Below are positions 20,346-31,590 of a stretch of DNA of 64,000 nucleotides, one piece after another; positions within the stretch are counted from its first letter, which is position 1; each line of letters opens with the position of its first letter. The position numbers and the translations under genes are program-made. Source of the DNA: Nitrospirota bacterium (lineage in GTDB: Bacteria; Nitrospirota; JACRHJ01); the NCBI GenBank assembly GCA_963845245.1, contig CAWJRJ010000024.1, forward strand, positions 32,001 through 96,000, in the 5' to 3' direction. The notes under the pieces were generated by a model, which was not told the DNA's origin, searched no databases, and saw only the letters and a program-made list of their open reading frames with translations.

Positions 20346-22089
20346 ATGAGCCTCACGCTACTGGACTGGTCGATAATAGCCGCTTTCATGGCATTTTCCA
20401 TGGTAATCGGCGTCCTCTTCACGAAGAGGGCATCTTCCTCGCTTTCCGAGTTCTTCCTATCAGGCCGGAGCATGCCCTGGTGGCTGGCAGGCACCTCGAT
20501 GGTGGCCACCACTTTTTCTTCCGACACCCCGCTTTACATCACATCATTAATACGCACCAAAGGCATATACGAGAACTGGCAGTGGTGGTGTTTCCTCCTC
20601 TCCGGGATGCTCTCCGTCTTCTTCTTCGCAAGGCTCTGGCGACGCGCGGGAGTCGTAACGGACGTGGAGCTTACCGAGATGCGCTATTCGGGCAAGGAGG
20701 CCGCCGTCCTGCGGGGTTTCCGCGCAATATACTTCTCGGTCGCCATACACACCATCATAAAGGCCCAGATAATACTCGCGATGGCCAAGATAATGGACGT
20801 ATTCTTCGGAGTCGGCAAATGGCAGGCGATCTCCATCTCGTTCGGCGTGACCATATTCTACGCGATACTCGCGGGCTACTGGGGCGTGATACTCACCGAC
20901 TTCTTCCAGTTCATCATGGCGATGATAGGCGCGATCGCGCTCGCGTGGATCGCGGTGAACCACGCGGGGGGGCTCTCCGGGCTTGAGGCGAAGGTGACGG
21001 GGCTTTACCCCACCATGCACTACACCGACTTCTTCCCGCCCACGGACGGTGACCTGTTCGGCCCGGCCGCCCTCTCTTTCATCGCATACATGGGGCTTTC
21101 CTGGTGGTCGAAGTACTCCTCCGACGGCGGCGGAGTGGTGGTGCAGCGGATGTCCTCCTGCAAGGACGAGCGCCACGCGCTGCTCGGCACGCTGTTCTTC
21201 AACATCGCCAACTATGCTGTACGTTCCTGGCCGTGGATACTGGCCGGGCTCGCCTCGCTTATCCTCTACCCGGTAGTAAAGGGCGAGGACCCGGACATGA
21301 TATACCCGCGCATGGCGCTCGACCTTATGCCGTCCGGCCTTAAAGGGCTTATGGTCGCGGCATTCTTCGCGGCGTTCATGTCGTCCATGAGCACCTACCT
21401 CAACCTCTCGTCCGCATATTTCGTGAACGACTTCTATAAACGCTTCATCACTAAAGGGCGTCCGGACAAGCATTACGTCACGGCCTCGCGCTGGGCGACC
21501 ATCGTCCTTTCGGCCATCACCGCATACGTGGCATACCAGGCGACGTCCATCGTGGGCGTGTTCAAGTTCCTCATAGCCTTCGGGAGCGGCACCGGGCTCG
21601 TCTACCTCGTGCGCTGGTACTGGTGGCGGGTGAACGCGTGGAGCGAGATATCGGCCATGCTCGCCTCGACCGTGATATCAATAGTGCTCTACCAGCACCC
21701 GTACTTTGCGGACATGCCGTTCTACGAGCAAGCTCTTCCTGATCATCTCGCTCTCCACCGTCATATGGGTAGCCGTGACCTTCCTGACCAAGCCGACCGA
21801 GGAGTCGAAGCTCATCGAGTTTTACAAGCGCGCCGCACCCGGCGGCCCCGGCTGGACATACATCGAGAAGAAGGTGCTTGAGCCGCATACGCGCGGCAAG
21901 TCCATCGCGGGCGACATAGTGCACTTCATACTCGGCACGGTGATGGTTTACGGCTACACCCTCGGGATCGGCAAGGTACTGCTCGGCCATTCGTCCGAAG
22001 GCATCTTCTACCTGATCGGCGCGGTGGTTTCGACGGCACTGCTTTATTCAGGGCTGACGAAGCGGGGCTGGGAGAAGGTATACGAGTAG
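20346..22089 (+). CDS. sodium:solute symporter family protein (frameshift near 21730)
   Basis: FFLSGRSMPWWLAGTSMVATTFSSDTP, TDFFQF, QRMSS, GLMVAAFFAAFMSS; many TMs. Confidence 0.92.
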
Positions 22090-22117
22090 GCTGTCGTAGT
22101 GAGACAAGGAGAACAAC

Positions 22118-23072
22118 ATGGGACGACCCTTAGATAATATATCAATAAGCGGTTTTAAATCTATCCACTCGTTGGAAGATTTTGATTTAAAAAAACTAAA
22201 TATTTTAATCGGGGCAAATGGCGCTGGAAAAGCAATTTTGTTAATTTTTTCAGAATGCTCCGCGCTATGTCTGAAGAAGGACTCGCAAAGTTTGTGACAG
22301 AAAATGGTGGCGCGATGGTTTTTTATTTGGTGGGCCAAAAGAAACCTTACAAATTGATGCTCATTTGAAATTCGGTGATAATGAATATAAATTTAGTCTC
22401 TCACCAACTGCAACAGGCAATTGATGGTGAAGCAAGAAAGTACCTTGTATACTGATGGTGGTACATGGAATTATCACGCAGGTGGCAATTTCGAGTCGCA
22501 ACTTAAAAGCTGGAAGGGCAAGGAATCTAAATATGGACCGTACCGGGGTGTGGAATCATATGTCCACGAATCTGTTTCTAGCTGGCTAGTCTATCATTTC
22601 CATGACACAAGCAGCACCTCTCCTATGCGTCGTGATCATTCTGTGCGCGATTGGAGAGAATTAAATCCGGATGCTTCAAACATAGGCGCTTTTCTCTATC
22701 GGTTAAAAGAGAAACACGAAGAACAATATAAAATAATTCTCGAAACTATTCAGCTCGTAGCTCCGTTCATCGATGATTTTCTTATTGAGCCAGAACAAAA
22801 AGGTGAAAGTGAGGTTGTCCGACTTGAATGGCTACAAAAGGGGTCTTCCTACCCGTTTCAACCCTGGCAATTATCGGATGGAACCATACGGTTTATTTGC
22901 CTGACAACTGCTTTATTACAACCTAATCCACCATCTACTATTGTTATTGACGAACCAGAACTTGGTCTTCATCCTTTTGCACTTGACGTCTTGGCAGGTT
23001 TATTTCGAGATGCTTCGGAGCGTACACAACTTATTGTCTCTACTCAGTCAGCAGCTTTGTTGAATCATTTTG
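22118..23072 (+). pseudogene. ABC/SMC-like AAA ATPase (AAA_21-type), frameshifted and lacking its C-terminus
   Basis: GFKSI, LNILIGANGAGK Walker A, LSDGT signature, IVIDEPELGLHP Walker B, VSTQS; homology ends at LLNHF. Confidence 0.8.
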
Positions 23073-23073
23073 C

Positions 23074-23157
23074 CCTCTTGAACTGCTCAATACTTCGGCA
23101 GGGGTACAGATGTTACTGGAGGAGTTGGGCAGGATTGAGCACGGGATATTTGCCTGA
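23074..23157 (+). pseudogene. C-terminal fragment of an Xre/MbcA/ParS-type antitoxin
   Basis: manual translation PLELLNTSAGVQMLLEELGRIEHGIFA*, which resembles the C-terminus of this family. Confidence 0.6.
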
Positions 23158-23293
23158 TACTCCGCTTCAGGCCATACGGGAAGGGCTGGAATTATATTTT
23201 AAACCCGATGAACCCGGAGTACAGACGGATTAAAATTATCGGTTAGGAGCAGTTTCGTCTTGTAAAACGGTTGTTGAAGTAATAGCCAGGCGT

Positions 23294-23656
23294 ATGAATA
23301 GCAATTTAACCTTACTGGTTAGCGACATGAAGAGATTTATTTCTTATATACAACTTCATGAACTTGAGAGTCTTCTTTTTGCAGGTCCCGATGAGATGGC
23401 GCAAGTTTTTGGGAAACCTACACTAGCCCCAAAATTCAAAAAAATAGTAACAGATTGCGGCGGATGCGAAAACATTAACGACCGTCCCGAAACTGCCCCT
23501 TCAAAACGCATTCAACATTTAGTCTCAGAATATAAAAAAGGAAGCGGAGTTAATGCCCACGCCTACAGAATTGCACAGCATATAGGCATGGAGAAAATAC
23601 GCCAGGAATGTCCCAATTTTAATAGATGGTTTTCAAAACTTGAGCAACTAGGATGA
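23294..23656 (+). pseudogene. C-terminal half of a DUF4276 (TOPRIM-like) protein
   Basis: FISYIQLHELESLLF, ENIND.PETAPSKRI, IG.EKIRQECPNFNRW; N-terminal half absent. Confidence 0.75.
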
Positions 23657-24697
23657 ACTTAATATTCCAATCTACAAAAATATAAGAGTAGGTCACCTCT
23701 ATATTCCGGCCTTATGAAGTTTGAATGATGGGAGTTATCTTATGACTGAAGAAAAGGTAGATATACTATTATCACAAGCGTCTAAGCATAACGACTTTTA
23801 TAGGCAAGAAAACAAAGCAATACTTTTTGAAAATCGAGTAGTTGCTTCATTATTAGCATTAAGAGCTACATTGCCTATTGAGCAAATTGAAATTTTTGAA
23901 GAACAACTATTAAAGCATGTAAACCCTACTAGCGAATCTTTAAGCCATATTTTTTTCTATTTTTTAAATTCGAATCGACAAGTTAAGGGGACTAGAGCAT
24001 TACTTGATAACATAAAAGATACGCCTTCGTATAATAAATTTATAATAAATTGAAATTCGGCCTTAGCACATCAACCTGAATATTTTGATGAACAAAGCTT
24101 AAAGGAAATAAAGGGCAATTTATTAGACTTCCCTAAACATGAAAGCTTGTATGTATATCCAGCCTATATTGACCGAATTGTGGATAAAATTTATAGCATA
24201 CTTTTCGAGCGAGTTTCGTCTGAATTACTTGAAAATTTTTCATTAGAATTAAATGCTGACAAAGAAAAGGTAATCGATAAGCTAAATGTCTTTGGTTTTA
24301 ATCCAAAACTGGCAGAATCACTTGGAGAAATTGAAAAATCATTCACTGTCGCTAAATCAGAATTTGATTATAAAAATTGTATGGATTTAGTAAGAAGTTT
24401 CCAAGAAGCATTAAATGCTGCGTTATTAAAAAAAGTAGAAGAAAAATGCAATATATCTTTTGAAGGTGCAATCACAAAAGATGTTGATGTTAGAAATTAT
24501 TTCAGAAAAAAAGAGGTCAATTTTTTAGCAGAAAAAGAACATAGATTTCTTGAATCAGTGTACAGTTTTGCATCTCATTTTGGGTCTCATAGACTAACAG
24601 CAGGAAAAAAGAATATGCAAGAATTAGCAAAAACATCCTAATTGAACTGGCTTTGTTTTTGTTATTACGATTAGAAGTTTATTTACAGGAGCCCTAG
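23653..24697 (+). CDS. AT-rich hypothetical protein of about 340 aa, broken by 2-3 frameshifts
   Basis: ORFs 23721..24053 and 24147..24641 are linked by open frames, and the tail EYARISKNILIELALFLLLRLEVYLQEP* ends at 24697; start uncertain. Confidence 0.55.
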
Positions 24698-24760
24698 GTA
24701 AATGCCTCAACAACGGCCAGCCCTACATTAAGGTAATCGGGTGGTAAAGTTAAAGGTGAC

Positions 24761-25727
24761 ATGAACCTCATCGACCTCCATACCCACGGCCTGTTCGGCC
24801 GGGACAGCCGCTCCAAGGACCCGGCGGAGTACCTGAAGCTTGCCGAAGCATACAAGCTCCGTGGCACCGACGCTTTCCTTCCGACGCTGTTCCCCGGCCC
24901 GCTCGCCGATATGCGCGCGCAGCTTGCGGCCATAAAGGCGGCCATGGACATGCAGGGCGCACACCGCCTTGAGGCATGGGACAAAAGACGGCACGGGTGA
25001 CGAAGGCTACACCGACGCGCTGATATTGGGCGCGAACGTCGAAGGGCCGTTCGTGAACCCGGCCAAATGCGGCGGGCTGGACAGGGGCGGTTTCCTGGAG
25101 CCGACGCCTCGACAACCTCTCAAGGCTCGTGGAAGGCTTCGAGGGCATTATAAAGATAACGACTGTCGCCCCGGAGCTTCCCGGCGCGCTGAAGGTAATA
25201 GAGCGGCTCACCGAAATGGGCGTCACGGGTGAACATGGGCCACTCGTCGGCCACCTTCGAGCAGGCAAAGGCAGGCAGGGATGCGGGGCGGCGGCGTGAC
25301 CCACCTTTTTAACGCGATGTCCCCGATTCACCACAGGGAGCCGGGGCTTGCGGGCTACGCGCTCGTGGAAGACAGGCTTTATGTGGAGGTCATAGCGGAC
25401 ATGGCCCACATCCACCCCGAGGTCCTGAGGCTGATACTGCGGTGCAAGCCGCCGGAGCGGGTGCTGCTGGTTTCCGATTCCCTTGCAGGCGCCAAGACGG
25501 ACGGCGTGCCTGAGAACGGCCCGCTTTACATGCCGGATGGAGCTACCCTTGCCGGAAGCGGGATAACGCTCGGCGATGCGGTCAAAAACATCGAATCCCT
25601 TGGCGTCCCGTTGGAAACTGCAACACTTTTTGCCTCGACCAACCCCCGGCGCTTCCTTGAAGGGGCACATGAAAAGAATTTGACAAATACATATTTTGGA
25701 TTTACAATTTTTCAGCATTTCATGTAA
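24761..25727 (+). CDS. nagA: N-acetylglucosamine-6-phosphate deacetylase (several frameshifts)
   Basis: IDLHTHG, FLPTL, EGPFVNP, VAPELPGA, MGHS, THLFNAM, ADMAHIHP, LVSDS, TLAGS. Confidence 0.88.
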
Positions 25728-25760
25728 TAAGCCAATCCTAATGACACAAAAACCACCTCT

Positions 25761-26906
25761 ATGAAGATACATACACTTAAAAAAGGGCCTATCGAGAAGT
25801 TCCTCCGGAGGATGAAGAGCAAGGGCTCCAGGGCTTCAGGTCCACAGATCGACGAGGTCCTGCGGGATATCCTCGTGAAGGCCAACGAGTTCGTGCCGTC
25901 CGAAGCAGGTTCGATCCTCCTCGACGAGCCACACAGAAAATCAGAGAACATACACGACCCCAAACGCAACCTTCTCCACTTCGTCGCCTGTTTCGGGCCC
26001 GACTCCGAGAGGATATTGGGCACGGCCCTGCCTGTTACCTCGGGCATCGAAGGCAAGACCTACCTGGCAGGTTCACCATACATAAGCACGGACGTCCTGG
26101 CAGATGCAAGCTTTAACAAAGAGGTAGACGACCGGCTGAACCGCAACACAAAGTCGATCCTCTGCGCGCCTATCGTGCTGGGTAAGTCCATATGCGGCGT
26201 GATAGAGCTTATAAACCGAAAGGGCAGGATCAATTATACAAAGGATGAGCTGAAACTGCTGGAGATCTTCGCAGGCTACACATCAACCTTGATCCAGAAT
26301 GCCCTTGACGCGAACCGCAACGAGGAACTCACCAGAAGAGACGACCTCACCGGCCTATACAACGACCGCTACTTTCACCAGCAGCTATCCGAAGAGATCC
26401 GCAGGACAAAAAAGACTCGCAAGGACATCACGCTCCTGTTCCTTGACCTCGACAACTTCAAGCAGATAAACGACACTTACGGCCACCTGGCCGGGAGCCG
26501 CACCCTTGCCGAGGTCGGCGCACTTCTTAAGGACACCCTCAAGGGCGAAAATGCCGGTATTGTGCGTTACGGCGGGGACGAGTTTGCGGTGATACTGCCA
26601 GGTAAGGCGCGGGTTGATGCGGTAGTCGTCGCCGAGAGGGTTCGGAAGGCAATGGAGGCGGCGGTCTTCCTTAAGCACAAAAGCAAGCGAGGAGAGCAGG
26701 CCTACAATATTGCAGGGGTTATCACATGCAGCATCGGCATAGCCTCATTCTTCGAGGACGGTCTGGAATGCGGCAGCAGCCTTGAGGAAGAAAAGATATC
26801 CTTCATAAGGTGCGCCGACAGGGCCATGTACGTCGCCAAGGAGAAGGGCAAGAACTTCATCTGCATGGGTGAGAAACCCGAGATGAGCTACCTTTCATCA
26901 ATGTAA
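25761..26906 (+). CDS. GAF-GGDEF diguanylate cyclase
   Basis: GAF domain, DDLTGLYN, DLDNFKQINDTYGHLAG, RYGGDEF; no RxxD I-site. Confidence 0.92.
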   Translation: MKIHTLKKGPIEKFLRRMKSKGSRASGPQIDEVLRDILVKANEFVPSEAGSILLDEPHRKSENIHDPKRNLLHFVACFGPDSERILGTALPVTSGIEGKTYLAGSPYISTDVLADASFNKEVDDRLNRNTKSILCAPIVLGKSICGVIELINRKGRINYTKDELKLLEIFAGYTSTLIQNALDANRNEELTRRDDLTGLYNDRYFHQQLSEEIRRTKKTRKDITLLFLDLDNFKQINDTYGHLAGSRTLAEVGALLKDTLKGENAGIVRYGGDEFAVILPGKARVDAVVVAERVRKAMEAAVFLKHKSKRGEQAYNIAGVITCSIGIASFFEDGLECGSSLEEEKISFIRCADRAMYVAKEKGKNFICMGEKPEMSYLSSM

Positions 26907-26930
26907 AAAAGGGGCCTTTCGGCCCCTTTC
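26905..26930. terminator. bidirectional intrinsic terminator
   Basis: AAAGGGGCC-TTTC-GGCCCCTTT between convergent genes. Confidence 0.8.
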
Positions 26931-26948
26931 CAAATTCATTTTTCCCAG

Positions 26949-27926
26949 CTAGTATTTAGTATACGGCAGTTGCGGGTACTGGACTACCGGCAGCTCGCCG
27001 TTCAGGCTCTTCAAAAAGGCCACCAGCGACTGTACCTCCTCCGCACTCAAATCCATATTAAGCGCCTCTTTCCCCATGACCGTTACCGCCTGGTCAAGTG
27101 TGTTCACCGAACCGTTGTTGAAATACGGTGCGGTCAGCTCGATGTTCCTGAGCGTGGGTGTCCTGAATGAGAACTTGTCGCTGTCCTCCTTCGTGACATT
27201 GAACCGCCCTTCGTCAACAGACCCGGGTACCTTTATCCTGTGGAACCCGCTGTCGGTAAGCGCCGGGCCGTTGTGGCAGGCGATGCAGCCCTTGGCCTGG
27301 AAGAGGTCGAAGCCCTTTACCGCCTGTGCACTCATCGCGTTCTTGTCGCCCGCAAGGTAGCGGTCGTAGGGCGAGTTGGGCGTGATAAGTGTGCGCTCGA
27401 AGGCCGCGATGGCCTTTGCGATGTTCGTGGGGTTTATCGGGTCGTCCCCGCCGAAGACGCGGGAGAACATGGCTACATACTCCGGCACCTTCTTGAGGTT
27501 TACCACCGCCTGTGCCAGCGTCTGCTTCATCTCCACCTCGGCCTGTATCGGCCCGAGCGCCTGGTCCTCAAGGGTCTTCGCCCTGCCGTCCCAGAACTGC
27601 ACCCCGATAAAAGCGGCATTAAGGACTGTGGGCGTGTTCCTTGGCCCCTCGCTCATGGCATGGCCGAAGGCCTTTGGGAGCCTGTCCGTGAACCCGAGTA
27701 CCGGGTTGTGGCAGGTGGCGCAGCTTATCCAGTTCGAGCCGGACAGCCTCGGGTCGAAGAACAGCATCTTTCCGAGTTCTATTTTCTCCGCGGTCATCGT
27801 GTTGTCCGCCGGTATCGGCGGCAGCGCCGGAAGCGGCTCGACGAGGGCAGCCTGCGCCAGGGGAGCAATGTTAAATAACAGAGCGAATAAAAAAGCGGTG
27901 ATAGTATTCTTGGTGATAACTTTCAT
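26949..27926 (-). CDS. di-haem cytochrome c peroxidase
   Basis: signal peptide, LFFDPRLS, CATCH, RNTPTVLNA, FWDGRA, CIACH, FRTPTLRN, TAPYFNNG. Confidence 0.93.
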   Translation of the reverse strand: MKVITKNTITAFLFALLFNIAPLAQAALVEPLPALPPIPADNTMTAEKIELGKMLFFDPRLSGSNWISCATCHNPVLGFTDRLPKAFGHAMSEGPRNTPTVLNAAFIGVQFWDGRAKTLEDQALGPIQAEVEMKQTLAQAVVNLKKVPEYVAMFSRVFGGDDPINPTNIAKAIAAFERTLITPNSPYDRYLAGDKNAMSAQAVKGFDLFQAKGCIACHNGPALTDSGFHRIKVPGSVDEGRFNVTKEDSDKFSFRTPTLRNIELTAPYFNNGSVNTLDQAVTVMGKEALNMDLSAEEVQSLVAFLKSLNGELPVVQYPQLPYTKY

Positions 27927-27946
27927 ACATCCCTCCATTATGGTAA

Positions 27947-28837
27947 TTAGAGTCCCGGCTGCCTCGCCACCAGTATCCCGCAGTCCGTGTGCCTTACAAC
28001 CCTGAGAGATACACTTCCCAGAAGTACGCCCTTTATCCCTTTCAGGCCTTTAGACCCCATAACAACAAGGTCGGCCTGCATATCTTCTACCTCTTTGAGT
28101 ATCTCCGACTCCGGCACCCCAAAAACAACCTTCTGGCTTACCTCCATGAACCTGCTCCTCAACTCAGCCGCCTCATCCCCGACTATGCTCTCAGCTGTCT
28201 TTCGGTTGTGTTCCCTGAGTTCCACCATCATCTGGGCCAATTCTTCATCAGGGTAATACTTCTCCGGAAGGCTTGTCATCTCCATGTCCACCACCGATAG
28301 CACTTTAACCTCGGTATCCCGTACGTCAAAAGGCAGCCCCATGAGCATCTCCCTGGCGTACATGGACGCCTGGGACCCGTTAGTGCAATAAAGGATACGC
28401 ATCGGCCTTTCAGATGGCGGTAGTTCCCGCACAACGAGTACCGAAAAATGACCATGGCGCAAGACCTGGCTTGCCACACTCCCCATCAGGAATGATTCGA
28501 TACCGGTCATACCCCTGTGGCCCATAACGACCAGGTCAGCTTTGACCTCTTCCGCGCCCTCGATTATTTCACGCCAGGGTTCCCCTTCCCGGACTAGGGT
28601 GTGCGCCCTTATCCCGGCATCAGCAAAGTCCCACTTGAACTCGTCCACCATAGCCTGGGCGGCTTTTTTCCCCGCCTTCATGAAGTCTCTTGCCGGGTCA
28701 ATGGAGTCCGGTATAAGATAGTCCTTCAACGCATGAAGTATAAAAACCTCGGAATCCGCACCAAAGGGCAACCGCCTCAGATATTTTGCCGCAGTCACAG
28801 AATATTCCGAGCCGTCCGTAGCTAGAAGTATCCGCAT
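27947..28837 (-). CDS. tandem-domain universal stress protein
   Basis: ILLATDGS, DLVVMG.RG...GSV twice. Confidence 0.92.
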   Translation of the reverse strand: MRILLATDGSEYSVTAAKYLRRLPFGADSEVFILHALKDYLIPDSIDPARDFMKAGKKAAQAMVDEFKWDFADAGIRAHTLVREGEPWREIIEGAEEVKADLVVMGHRGMTGIESFLMGSVASQVLRHGHFSVLVVRELPPSERPMRILYCTNGSQASMYAREMLMGLPFDVRDTEVKVLSVVDMEMTSLPEKYYPDEELAQMMVELREHNRKTAESIVGDEAAELRSRFMEVSQKVVFGVPESEILKEVEDMQADLVVMGSKGLKGIKGVLLGSVSLRVVRHTDCGILVARQPGL

Positions 28838-28850
28838 AGCTTTCCTCCCC

Positions 28851-29297
28851 CTATAGATAAGGCTGAAGCCTCCGGAAAAGCTCTTCCTTAGGCATTGCAC
28901 CGACAAACCTCGCCGCCTCCCTGCCACCTTTCATCAATATGAAAGCGGGAGTACCTCTCACATCAAAGAGAGAGGGTGTACGCTGATTCTTCGAGACATC
29001 CACCATGGCCACCTTCAACTTGCCGCCGAGCTCACGGGCCAACTCATCAACCGCCGGCATCATCCTGACACAATGGCCGCAGGTTGGAGACCAGAACTCG
29101 ACCAGTACAGGCCCACCATGGGACCTGACCTCCGCCTCAAAATCGGAATCACTAACATTCATTGGCACCTGAGGAGCCGCCGGTACGATAAAATCCGCCC
29201 CGCACTGCCCGCAACGGCCTTTCATACCTTCCTTGCCGGACGGGGCGCGGTTCAAGGTCCCGCAGGCAGCGCAGCGTACCATGATCATCCCTGACAT
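28851..29297 (-). CDS. trxC: thioredoxin with N-terminal zinc finger (TrxC-like)
   Basis: CAACG..NR, CGQCG, WSPTCGHC, GTP. Confidence 0.85.
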   Translation of the reverse strand: MSGMIMVRCAACGTLNRAPSGKEGMKGRCGQCGADFIVPAAPQVPMNVSDSDFEAEVRSHGGPVLVEFWSPTCGHCVRMMPAVDELARELGGKLKVAMVDVSKNQRTPSLFDVRGTPAFILMKGGREAARFVGAMPKEELFRRLQPYL

Positions 29298-29436
29298 ACT
29301 GTCTCCTATCGGTAAAGTCCCGGCAACATCACTAATTATTATAACAAAAAATCTTACGTCACGCTCCCGATTGACTGAGCTTCGGCAATATTATAGAATA
29401 AGCGGTAAGGTAACGGTTTCTGGGGAGGTGGTATTG

Positions 29437-30540
29437 ATGGGAAACGGCGCCACGAATAACAAATTTACCTGGTCAACCCTGCATGAATGCGACAGGCATG
29501 TTCGGGAGATGCTCGACAATGTACATCTTATTGCGGTAATGTTAGACCTTTCGGGCAATGTAATCTACTGCAACAACTTCCTCTGCGAACTTACCGGGTG
29601 GAGCAAAGAGGAACTTCTTGGCCGGAACTGGTTTGATACCTGCCTGCCGGATACCGTCAAGGATGCAGTCAAGGCATATTTTCTGGATTCACTAAAGGCC
29701 GGACAGATCAACCCTCATTATGAGAATGAGATAGTAACAAAGGCCGGGGGAAAGAAAACAATCCTTTGGAGTAATTCGGTTTTAAGAGGGGACGATGGCG
29801 AATGCATGGGCACGACCAGTATTGGTGAAGATATTACCCTGCGGGTACGGGCAGAGGAAGAGCGGGCCGCAATGTTACATATGCTCACTCACGACATCAA
29901 GGGCCCGCTTTCCGTTATATACGGCTACGGCGAGATGTCTTCAAAGGTGAGTCCTGAAGATTCAGCCAGGATAATGGCCGATATCCAGAAGGCAGGCAGA
30001 CGCATCTATGCGATCATAGACGACATCCTCTCGCTTTCGAGGCTGGAATCAGACGAACCGCACCTTTTGATAAGGCCTGTGTCTCTTCCTGAACTGGTGG
30101 AGCAGGCTGTAAAAGAGAACGAGGCAGGCGCTACCGAGAGGGGATTATCGATAACAGTGGAGAACACAGGCGCTCTGCCAAGGATATATGCCGACCCGGA
30201 CCAGATTGGGCGGGCAATCGGCAACCTTGTGGCAAACGCCATCAACTATAACAAGAAAGGCGGACATATCCGGGTCACGACCGGCATTGCAGCGGGGCAG
30301 GCCAACAGGGTATTCATAGAGGTCTCCGATGACGGTGACGGGATACCCGACGAAGACATACCGCACATCTTCGAAAAGTACTACCGGGGCAAAAGGTCCT
30401 CAAAAAAACGCGGGACCGGGCTTGGGCTTGCCATAGTAAAGGCGGCGGCGGACGCGCACAGTGGTTCGGTCAGCCTTAAGAGCAAGGCAGGCGAAGGCTC
30501 TACGTTTACCATAACCCTGCCTGTAAAGCCGGGCATGTAA
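29437..30540 (+). CDS. cytoplasmic PAS histidine kinase
   Basis: PAS/PAC, THDIKGP, NLVANAINY, DDGDGI, GTGLGL; ATG 29437 after GGAGG. Confidence 0.9.
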   Translation: MGNGATNNKFTWSTLHECDRHVREMLDNVHLIAVMLDLSGNVIYCNNFLCELTGWSKEELLGRNWFDTCLPDTVKDAVKAYFLDSLKAGQINPHYENEIVTKAGGKKTILWSNSVLRGDDGECMGTTSIGEDITLRVRAEEERAAMLHMLTHDIKGPLSVIYGYGEMSSKVSPEDSARIMADIQKAGRRIYAIIDDILSLSRLESDEPHLLIRPVSLPELVEQAVKENEAGATERGLSITVENTGALPRIYADPDQIGRAIGNLVANAINYNKKGGHIRVTTGIAAGQANRVFIEVSDDGDGIPDEDIPHIFEKYYRGKRSSKKRGTGLGLAIVKAAADAHSGSVSLKSKAGEGSTFTITLPVKPGM

Positions 30541-30543
30541 GGG

Positions 30544-31059
30544 TCATAAAAGAAACGCGCCTGCAGCGCCAGAGCCAAGTATAACGATCGTCGGGTCTAT
30601 CTTTGTAAACGACATGAGTGCGAAGCAGCCGACCGCAATGGATGCCGTAGTCGGATCTACCAGGGACGTCCCGCCAAGCTTTATCGCCACAGCCGCAAGC
30701 AGTCCCACCACGGCGGGCTTTATTCCTTTGAATACCGATTCCACAACCCGAGAGCCTTTGAACTTCAGGTAATACTTGGTCACGAACGTAACCACCAGGA
30801 TAGATGGCAGGTAGCTGCCGACGGTAGCCGTCACCGCCCCCGGGAAACCAAGCACCTTGTATCCTATAAACGCGTTCATTATTGTAAGCGGGCCGGGAGT
30901 TACCTGCCCCATTGCCACCGCATCCAGAAATTCCTTGTTGGTAAGCCAGTGGAATTTAGTTACAAAGAAGTCGTGCAGTAACGGCAGCATCACGTACCCG
31001 CCGCCTATGGTAAAGAGGTTTACCACGAAAAGGACGCCGAACAATTGCAGGAGCATCAT
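30544..31059 (-). CDS. short-chain chromate transporter (CHR), subunit 2
   Basis: FTIGGGY, GQVTPGP, GIKPAVVGL. Confidence 0.88.
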   Translation of the reverse strand: MMLLQLFGVLFVVNLFTIGGGYVMLPLLHDFFVTKFHWLTNKEFLDAVAMGQVTPGPLTIMNAFIGYKVLGFPGAVTATVGSYLPSILVVTFVTKYYLKFKGSRVVESVFKGIKPAVVGLLAAVAIKLGGTSLVDPTTASIAVGCFALMSFTKIDPTIVILGSGAAGAFLL

Positions 31060-31590
31060 TTAGACCTCCCGTAAAGCATGTATCCGGCACCGCCTGACAA
31101 CGCTATACAGGGCTATCGGGTTGGCATTAAGGAAATGGAGCAGGACGAAACTGACCGCTGCAAAGAGTGCTGCGGCTCTGCTTCTTATAAGCTGTCTTCC
31201 CATTTTAAAGATCACAGAGGCCAGAAGGCCTACAACGGCAGCGCCTATACCCTTCAATATGGCTGCGAATACCGGGATATCTTTGAATTCTTTATATACA
31301 TAGGCCAGGACCAGCACGAGGATAAAACCGGGTAGCACCTGTCCAGCCGTTGCCGCCAAAGCCCCTTTTGGACCTTTCAGGTGATAGCCGACATAGATTC
31401 CAGTATTTATAATCGGCGGGCCCGGGGTCATCTGGCCTATTGCCACGCCTTCGGTAAACTCCTCCTGGTTCAGCCATTTCCTTTTGTCAACCAACTCACG
31501 TTGGAAGAAGGACAACATCGAATAGACGCCTCCGAAGGCGAATGCGCCCATTTTCAGGAATACCAGGAATATCTTCCTGTTGTCAGGCAT
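31060..31590 (-). CDS. short-chain chromate transporter (CHR), subunit 1 (probable frameshift near 3' end)
   Basis: FLKMGAFAFGG, GQMTPGP. Confidence 0.88.
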   Translation of the reverse strand: MPDNRKIFLVFLKMGAFAFGGVYSMLSFFQRELVDKRKWLNQEEFTEGVAIGQMTPGPPIINTGIYVGYHLKGPKGALAATAGQVLPGFILVLVLAYVYKEFKDIPVFAAILKGIGAAVVGLLASVIFKMGRQLIRSRAAALFAAVSFVLLHFLNANPIALYSVVRRCRIHALREV

